NCBI RefSeq assembly: GCF_006345805.1
Contig: NC_043006.1
Span: 94,116,001 to 94,180,000, forward strand
Reading direction: 5' to 3'
Source of the DNA: Octopus sinensis
Lineage: Eukaryota
Length of the DNA stretch: 64,000 bases
Shown here: positions 54,477-64,000 of the stretch, in pieces
How the letters are laid out: each line of letters opens with the position of its first letter
Position numbering within the stretch: position 1 is the stretch's first letter
Position numbers and translations under genes: made by a program
The notes under the pieces: generated by a model
The model's database searches: none
Told to the model about the DNA's origin: nothing
The model's input: the letters and a program-made list of their open reading frames with translations, nothing else

Positions 54477-54555
54477 TCACTGCCTGGAATCGAACTCGGA
54501 ATCTTGGGGTTCTTAAACCGCGTTCCTAACCACTACGCCATATGCCCCTTATGAA

Positions 54556-54601
54556 GACACCTGATGAAGGCTGGAGGGTATATCAGCCGAAACGTTGTGT
54601 T
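54556..54601 (+). ncRNA. Minimal type I hammerhead ribozyme
   Basis: GACAC-CUGAUGA-A-GGCUG(10 nt)CAGCC-GAAA-CG-UU|-GUGUU. Confidence 0.75.
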
Positions 54602-55715
54602 AACAACAAACAAGATGAGAACAAATATCCGTCAAATGAAAATAATGTACATAATTCCTCATCTCTTAAATAAACGAGTATATGGTACTCATTTTATCGA
54701 CTCCGAGTGAATGAAAGGCAAAATCGACCTCGGTGGAATTTGACATTCAGAAAGAAAAGGCGGACGAAATACAATCGAGCCTTTTGTTCGGCTAATAACG
54801 TGTCTGGTGAGCTCAACATCTTGTGTTCACGAAAAAATCCTTTCTACTGGAAGCAGAAGGCCTCAAATTTGGGGGAAGGATTTATTAAGTCCATTAGATC
54901 GACCCCAGTGTATAACTGGTACTTATTTAATCGACCCTGAAAGGACGAAAGGAAATGTCGACCTCGGCAGAATAATGCTTTGTGGACGTAGAGAAGGGAA
55001 GATTTGAATGCATGGAGAGCTTCTAGTCTTGCGTAGAAAAACACTTATTCCGCCACCCTTCCAGGTCTGTGTTGGAGAGCAACTGTCCGGGAGTAAAGAC
55101 GATCTATGTTCATGAAACATGAGATGGGTACCGGGCGGTTTCAATAGATTCTCCATTTTTTTAGAGACATCGTTACCTGCATCCATTGACCGTGGTGGTG
55201 ATGGTGATGATGATGATGATGGTGGTGGTGATAGTGATGATGATGATGATGGTGGTGGTGGTCGCCGTCGTCGTCGCCGTAGCTGTGGTGGTGATCGGGA
55301 TGGTGGTGATAGTGGTGGTGGTGGTGGTGGTGATGATAATGATGATGATGAAGATGACGAAGATGATGACGACGACGACGATTACGAGGACGGCAGTGAT
55401 AATGATGATGGTGATGATAATGCAACCGATGAATACGACTAACTGCCATCACCACCGCCACAACCATGATGACAGAAAGTGGTGATTAGAAATGATGAAG
55501 AGGATGAAGAGGAAGGTGATGATGATGATGATGATGATGAGTAGGATGAGGAGGAGAAGGAGAATGAAGATGAGGAGGAGTGTAAGGAGGAGAATTCATT
55601 CTTTGATAATATTTTTCATTTCCTTCCTGTTTCTTCTCTTCTTCGTTCTTTTCCTTTTGCTCAACCGTTGCACGTGCTGGAATCATTTTCTCCCTGTCAC
55701 GTTTTGGAACTTGTA

Positions 55716-55754
<39 letters not shown>

Positions 55755-56016
55755 CTTTCTCATTCTCTTGTTCATATTATGCCTCTTCATTAACCTTTCA
55801 TTTCCACATCATCATCATCATCATCACCACCAAAATGATCGTCGTCGCCAGGAACAGCAACACCATCACTCACATCTTATTGACATTCTCCTCGTCCACC
55901 CATATACACACACGCACTTACATAAAGGCATATATACGTACATACATACAGACACACATACATACATATATATACACACGCACATATATATGTATATGCA
56001 AATATGTGTGTATATA

Positions 56017-56320
56017 TCACGTGATCACGTGACCGACCAGACCATCAGATGTTGCTACACATCGCTGGTCACAATGCGTTCGCATTGTTTTAGCCTTCAA
56101 ATGACGCCACCCCACTGGCTAAGCGAGCAGACCAACAGAAGAAAGAGTGAGAGAAAGAGTGGTGAAAGAGTACAACAGGGATCACCACCTCCTGCCGGAG
56201 CCTCGTGGAGCTTTTAGGTGTTTTCGCCCAATAAACACACACAACGCTCGGTCTGGGGATCGAAACCACGATCCTACGACCGCGAGTCCGCTGCCCTAAC
56301 CACTGGGCCATTGCGCCTCC
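56017..56320 (-). mobile_element. tRNA-Arg-like SINE (octopus OR-type)
   Basis: Head GGAGGCGCAATGGCCCAGTGGTTAGGGCAGCGGACTCGCGGTC with A/B boxes and a TCG anticodon-like triplet. Confidence 0.8.
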
Positions 56321-56351
56321 ACATGTGTGTGTGTGTATATATATATATAGT

Positions 56352-56727
56352 GGAGGCGCATGGCCCAGTGGTTAGGGCAGCGGACTCGCGGTCATAGGAT
56401 CGCGGTTTCGATTCCCAGACCGGGCGTTGTGAGTGTTTATTGAGCGAAAACACCTAAGCTCCACGAGGCTCCGGCAGGGGATGGTGGTGATCCCTGCTGT
56501 ACTCTTTCACCACAACTTTCTCTCACTCTTACTTCCTGTTTCTGTTGTACCTGTATTTCAAAGGGCCGGCTTGTCACTCTCTGTGTCACGCTGAATATCC
56601 CCGAGAACTACGTTAAGGGTACACGTGTCTGTGGAGTGCTCAGCCACTTACACGTTAATTTCACGAGTAGGCTGTTCCGTTGATCGGATCAACCGGAACC
56701 CTCGTTGTCGTAACCGACGGAGTGCTT
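56352..56727 (+). mobile_element. tRNA-Arg-like SINE (octopus OR-type), different tail
   Basis: Same head as the adjacent minus copy. The tail also occurs near 11880-12160 and 16480-16582. Confidence 0.8.
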
Positions 56728-56750
56728 CATATATATATATATATATATAG

Positions 56751-56807
<57 letters not shown>

Positions 56808-56808
56808 G

Positions 56809-58089
<1,281 letters not shown>

Positions 58090-58733
58090 CACACACATAT
58101 ACATGTATGTGTGTTGTATGATTATCTACTTGTGTACCTTTGTGTTTGTCTACCACCAGCACTAACGGCTCAACCAGCACTTGAAAACCGGTGTTGATTT
58201 GTTTACGTCCTTATAACTTAGGGGTTCGGCGAAAAATACCTGATAGAATAAATTACCAGTCTTTAAAAATATCATAAATACTGGGTTGATTTGTTCGACT
58301 AAAACCCTTTCAGGTGGAACCCCAACATGGCCGCATTAAAACAAGGAAAAGATAAGAAAGAACCCTTCGGTCATTCTTACACCAGACGACAAAAACAAAG
58401 AAAAGAAAGAAAGGGAAATGATAAAAGGAAAACAGAAACGAAAGAAGAGGAGGAGAGAGACTGCGAGTGAGAGTCGTCAAGCTCGTATATATTTATCATG
58501 CAATGCAATCCAACTGCCTACCTCCATTGATGAATAAAATGCATCTTATTTATTTGCTTTTCTTCTTCCCTTTATTTCACACACACACACAAGAACGTAT
58601 AGGAATATGTACACATACAAGTGTGTGTGTGTAGCTATACACATAGATGTACACACATATATTGAGAATGTGTGGGCAGAAAGGAATGTGAAGCTATATA
58701 ATAGAAATGATGATGGCGATAATGATAATAATG

Positions 58734-58779
<46 letters not shown>

Positions 58780-61072
58780 CAGTAGTAGCAGCAGCAGCAG
58801 CCTGAGGGTATTATATAAGACTGAAATTGGTGTAAATTACTTTACATAGGAGGGAATTGTCCACGAGAAAATGTGTCTAAAGTAATTTTAACGTTGTACA
58901 CAACCAAAACAGAGACAAACAGACAGACATATATATTGACGGACAAACAAATAAGACAAGGAACAATCAAAACTACTTTTAGTAAACAAGATGGAAAATT
59001 GCTAATTATGAAGCTGCAACTCCCAGCGAATTCAATTTTCAAATGTATCCCATGATCCTCTCCCTGTGTAAATCTTTTCTTTGTTTTTGCTTTTTGTTGC
59101 GGATAGAATCTTATATATAGAAAAAGCTACTTTTTACTTTTTTACAGTTACGAATGTATGCGTGTGAGTCTTTTTACAACCTTCCAGTTTTACTGGAGAA
59201 GTCAGTCGTTTTGTATTCAAGCTGAGTTTCCCAATCATCGCGTAAAACCCAGCATGTCGACCATCGTTTTCAATTTCCAACACGCATCCGCCATTTTGAA
59301 AAATGTCCGCTTTCTCGCTGTGTCCTGCCCTAGCTCTCTATAGCCACATACAGATTGAAAATATACCAATCTATATCATTTTCTAATCAATTCAGGATTG
59401 CTCAGTCCATCAAGTGAATTGTTTTAGAACTTATATTTTTGTTTCACATTTATTTCGTACATAGCACCTGTCCATTTAAAGTTTGAGTATCAATCTGAGA
59501 GGTGCGTGAGGACCGAGATGCAACGAGCTGTGTCAACAACGATTATTAGTTTATTACGTTGGCATCAGGCCATAGGCTTGAATGAACCTTAGTTTATCAA
59601 GTCATTTCTTTTTGGCAAATAAAGTAGAAAAAATCCAAAATGGGGTAGATAGCAGTGCCTGGCAGCTAAATTAGTGGAAGAATTTTACTTGCAAAAAATT
59701 TCGTTAGTGAGTCGAAATCGTACTGGGATTAATTTTGCTGTCAAGTTTCGAGCGATGATGAAATAAATACTGATAAAAGATGAAGGAGGAGATAGATAGG
59801 AGAGGCGGAAATAGAGGAGGAGGAGGGGGAGGAGGAGGAGGAGGAGAAGAAGAAGAAGAAGAAGAAGAAGAAGAAGAAGAAGAAGAAGAAGATGAAGAAG
59901 AAGAAGAAGAAGAAGAAGAAGAAGAAGAAGAAGAAGAAGAAGAAGAAGAAGAAGATGAAGAAGAAGAAGAAGAAGAATGTATTGCTATCAATTCTCAATT
60001 CAATGAAGTATTTTGGGGCCACAGTGAGACATTTCATTCGTAATAGATGATTGAGAAGAAAACACAGGAATGTTAGACAGAATGCCTTTCAGAATTTAGT
60101 CCTGGAATTCATGAATCCAAGATCAAATTCTGCCAAGATGGATTTTAACTGCCGCAACCGTTAGAGATTCAAGTAACCGTACCGATTCCTACTCTTTACG
60201 ATATGTGTGTGAGAATGTGGGTATGTTTGTGCACGTGTGCATTTTAAAGACATATATCTACATAATGATCATTTCAAGTTTCCCTCCGTCAGCTGCTTTT
60301 CATGGTTCAGTTGAATGTGAGAAACTTTTTCCGTTCTATTTTAAACGTAACTCACTCGGTGATGCGCCTAGTTTCGCCTAATTAAGGAAACGTTGTTTTC
60401 TTGCTATCATTTCAGCATGATCTCTCTTTTCCTATAATTTAATACATCGAAATACTGTATCGAGATATGTTTTTGAGTTAAGTAGAAGAGTTAGCACTGC
60501 AAAATATATTATCAGCAAGATATTTGTTTCAGGATTATAACTCTGAGAATATCTGACGTATCCTTAGATAGGGTCACTTTTAACAAAGCTGCTAGTTGTA
60601 CAATGATATCTACGAAAAGAAAGAGTAACAGTTTTAAGTAAGGTTAAATTTTTAGCAGCGCAGCAACCTGAGAAAACGAAATATAATCTGATTCTAACCG
60701 CTGTTCGCTAAAATATGTAATATCAAGTGTAGCTAGAAATATCTTAGGTTAGTCACAAAATATTTTCCAGTCAGACACAAATACTTTCAGATATTCGATA
60801 CAAACACTGTCAGAGTCAGCTACAGTTGCATTCGAAATATCGGTAACGTTAAAAAAAAAAGGTAAGAGAAAGCAACACCAAACATATAATGAAAAACATA
60901 ATGAAATACATCCGAATTTGACTGTAGAGGAACAAAAATATATCACACACGCATGCGCGCACATGCATTCATACGTACACGCATACATACACACAAGGGT
61001 ACAAAGAGAGACTCACTTACTTAAGCGTGTGTGCAAGTACGTACGTAAGTTTAAACATTTGTATGCAAATGC

Positions 61073-61107
<35 letters not shown>

Positions 61108-61338
61108 ATCTATCTTTCTATCTATCTATCTATCTATCTATCTAGCTAGCTACTAGCTAGCTAGCTAGCTGTCTGTCTGTCTATGCATTTATCTGTCTGT
61201 GTATCTGTCTACCTGTCTGCCTGTCCATCTGTCTGTCCGTCCGCCCGTCTGTCCGTCTGTTTGTCTAACTAAAGAAGTCTCTGTCAGTTTCGACGGAGAC
61301 TGGGAAAGGAGTAGGAAGGGAAATCTGGAATGATAGTT

Positions 61339-62430
61339 ATCATCGGGCAAACGGGACATCGCTTGGCTGACCGGTTCGCGGAACACCTCCGAGATATCCG
61401 TCTCGGCAATGACACCGGTCTCGCGCCATTTCCGCTCTATCGGTCACTCTTTGCAGCAGCTGTCTGTGTTCGGATTGTCTTTGCACAGGGGTCATCCGGA
61501 CTCCCGTTTTCGCTGTGAACAGGGATTAATCTTCTCTCTTCGCTCCTTTGCACCACATGGGCTCAACTCCCCTCTCCCCTTCATTTAACCCTCCCCTCTC
61601 CTCTCTCCCTCTCACATCTACTTCCAAACACCCACCTCTCCTCTCTTGCTCCGACTCCTACTGCTTCTCTTCACCCCTACTCTCCTTCTCTCTTCTCTTC
61701 ACTCCTACCCATCTTCTCCCTTACCCCTCTCCCTTCCTCGTGACCCCAAATCTACACAATCCAACCCCACCTTCCCTATCCATCCTTTACACCCACTCCC
61801 ACATACCCAACCTCTACCACCACCCTCAGCCTAACCCACGTACCCCACCTCTACACCACCTCTACCCAACCCTCAGCATAACCCACATACCCCACCTCTA
61901 CTCCCACCCTCAACCTAACCCACACCCCATCTTTGCTTCCCCACTCTTGCCTCCCCCATATCCCAACACCACCACACACCACGACACCACATACCACCAC
62001 ACCATACTACACAACACCACATGACATCACACCACCCCGCACACACTAGCACTGGCCACTTCCCAGCGCCACACCATCGTCTACACACCTACTCATGCAT
62101 ACAAGCACACGTCAAGGTCACCAACCCTCTTCCACACGCACATACATGCTCTCTTATATGTACACACACACGCGCATCTTCGTTTTGGGATCACCACTAC
62201 TTTATTATCTCCGCTTCTTCCTAGCTCTCCTCTGTGACCCCTCTGCTCTGCATTTACCATGATAGATCGCTAGCCACCACACATTCTTTATTTTCTCTCC
62301 TTGTTTCTTTCTGTGGAAGAGCGTAGGCTCGGAACGTTAAAGACTTTTTCCCTTCCCGAGCGTTAAACTAACACATCTGTTTGTTGTTTACACACACTTC
62401 TTCATCTTTTTTTTTTGTGAATTCTCCCCC
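61339..62430 (+). mobile_element. 5'-truncated Penelope-like element: GIY-YIG C-terminus, C-rich 3' region and terminal repeat with HHR-like motif
   Basis: IGQTGHRLADRFAEHLRDI / PVSRHF...GHS...EQGLIFSLRSFAPHGLN* with one frameshift. Ends in the repeat family also at 23100, 36820, 41390 and 44380. Confidence 0.8.
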
Positions 62431-62553
62431 TATAGTCCAATACAGTTCAAATCCCGTAAATCCAATTTATTAACGATTATTTCATTAGGAGAATATAAAA
62501 AATAAAGTTGATATTCCTATGATTACGATTGTGTCACATCCATCATCACAGAA

Positions 62554-62588
<35 letters not shown>

Positions 62589-62950
62589 TAAATTATTTTG
62601 CATGTCTTCAGATCAAACGATATCATGTTTACATCCATTCATCAACTCAGTACTTTCATACAAATGCAGAAAGACATCTTGAAAATAATTATGCAATGAA
62701 ACCAATAATTAATAAATTATTTATCAATTATTGGCATAATTAAATCTCAAAATGAGATTGAAGCAGTAATCGCTCGATAATGTAAAGTATAGAAGCCATC
62801 TTATCATGGCTAACCACATTGGGGAGGGGGTGTTACTGTAGCTTTATAGCCCCAAGAGATCTTCGTCTCAAGCTGGCTTTAGACACAATATCAGTGTGCT
62901 TGGAGTATTTGCAAAGGGAGGCCATCCCTTCCTCGCAAGCCTGAGTGATA

Positions 62951-62993
62951 CGCTCGAACTAGTTTCGGGATTGTTCTCCCTCGTCAACGGGCG
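62951..62993 (-). ncRNA. Mirror copy of the U3-variant hammerhead motif
   Basis: Left arm of the 294-bp palindrome. Differs from the right-arm copy only in the stem II loop. Confidence 0.65.
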
Positions 62994-63155
62994 GTAACCA
63001 CCAGGTAGCGATGAAAGTGAAGGCTTCTTTGCAAATTATATATAAGTTTTTCTAATGGCGTCTGCCACTTTTCGACATGAGTGGCAGACGCCATTAGAAA
63101 AACTTATATATAATTTGCAAAGAAGCCTTCACTTTCATCGCTACCTGGTGGTTAC

Positions 63156-63198
63156 CGCCCGTTGACGAGGGACAACAATCCCGAAACTAGTTCGAGCG
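63156..63198 (+). ncRNA. Type I hammerhead-like motif with U3 core variant
   Basis: CGCCCG-UUGACGA-GGGA(CAACAA)UCCC-GAAAC-UA-GUU|-CGAGCG. Confidence 0.65.
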
Positions 63199-63775
63199 TA
63201 TCACTCAGGCTTGCGAGGAAAGGATGGCCTCCCTTTGCAAATACTCCAAGCACACTGATATTGTGTCTAAAGCCAGCTTGAGACGAAGATCTCTTGGGGC
63301 TATAAAGCTACAGTAACACCTCCTCCCCAATGTGGTTAGCCATGATAAGATGGCTTCTATACTTTACATTATCAATTATTGTTTTCCACAATATCCAGGT
63401 GTGTTTACAATGATCAAATGTATGTGCTGAACATTTGCTCCCTCACTTCATCAAATCAACGTTACCTGAACAGGTGAACGGTGTGCCACACTTCAGGTGT
63501 GAAAGTGATCGCAGGGCAGCAACGTGGGATGAAGTGTTTTGCTCAAGAACACAAAGTCCCATCCGGTCCAGGAATTGAAACTGCGATCTCGCGCTCGTGA
63601 GTGCAACACCCTAACCACTAGGCTACGCACCTCACCTCTCTCTTACACACACATACACCCACCCATCCACACACATACAGACACACTCACATATATATAT
63701 ACATATACACAGACACATATCCACATACACGCACATATATATATACACACACACATATACATATATAAATATATA

Positions 63776-63814
<39 letters not shown>

Positions 63815-64000
63815 GTGACTGTGATTACATACAATTGTATTAATTGTTCGCGTGTCTGCAGGCAGGCGTGGCATTCGAATAACTAAGCGTTCTCTTTTGT
63901 ACAAGTGTGTCGTCTCGTACCTGGGAATATTCAAACCAGCTCTAGCGTAGTCCGGAAGCTCTGCTATCAAAAGCGCAGAATGTTCTTACTGGAAAATTAG

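Larger units (their letters stand above)
54286..54682 (-). mobile_element. Non-autonomous tRNA-head/(AAT)n/hammerhead element with inverted terminal copy
   Basis: 10-bp TSD TGGTACTCAT (54276-54285, 54683-54692) inside an older SINE. A and B boxes lie in 54547-54471. Confidence 0.75.
62734..63373. mobile_element. Foldback element: 294-bp inverted arms, 10-nt loop, probable PLE terminal-repeat derivative
   Basis: Arms 62776-63069 and 63080-63373 with about 3 mismatches. TTATCAATTATTG is repeated at 62721-62733 and 63369-63381. Confidence 0.8.

Noticed and set aside
54471-54547. tRNA gene candidates (also 38961-39037, 56352-56425)
   Set aside because: A/B boxes are present but there is no proper acceptor stem or poly-T terminator; these are SINE-type heads.

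Overview
AT-rich animal genomic DNA dense in microsatellites and SINEs; the repeat families suggest a coleoid cephalopod, probably Octopus (inference). Nearly all ORFs in the track are microsatellite noise. The one supported host gene is on the minus strand: three coding exons (26670-26574, 23484-23312, 15225-15102) splice in frame to a signal peptide, a basic linker and an FGFR-D2-like Ig domain, ending at a GC-AG donor. The rest of the gene probably lies left of the window. Mobile elements: tRNA-derived SINEs, R4/Dong, CR1-group and L1/Tx1 LINE fragments, Penelope-like (PLE) GIY-YIG remnants, two Merlin-like MITEs with 8-bp TSDs and two Helitron-like elements. The most striking signal is about 15 type I hammerhead ribozyme (HHR) or HHR-like motifs in several families. 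Some are canonical and others have recurrent non-canonical cores (U6, U3, C4). They lie in short non-autonomous, often foldback elements, including a tRNA-head + (AAT)n + hammerhead element bounded by a 10-bp TSD. All structures were folded by eye and coordinates counted by hand; no searches were run.
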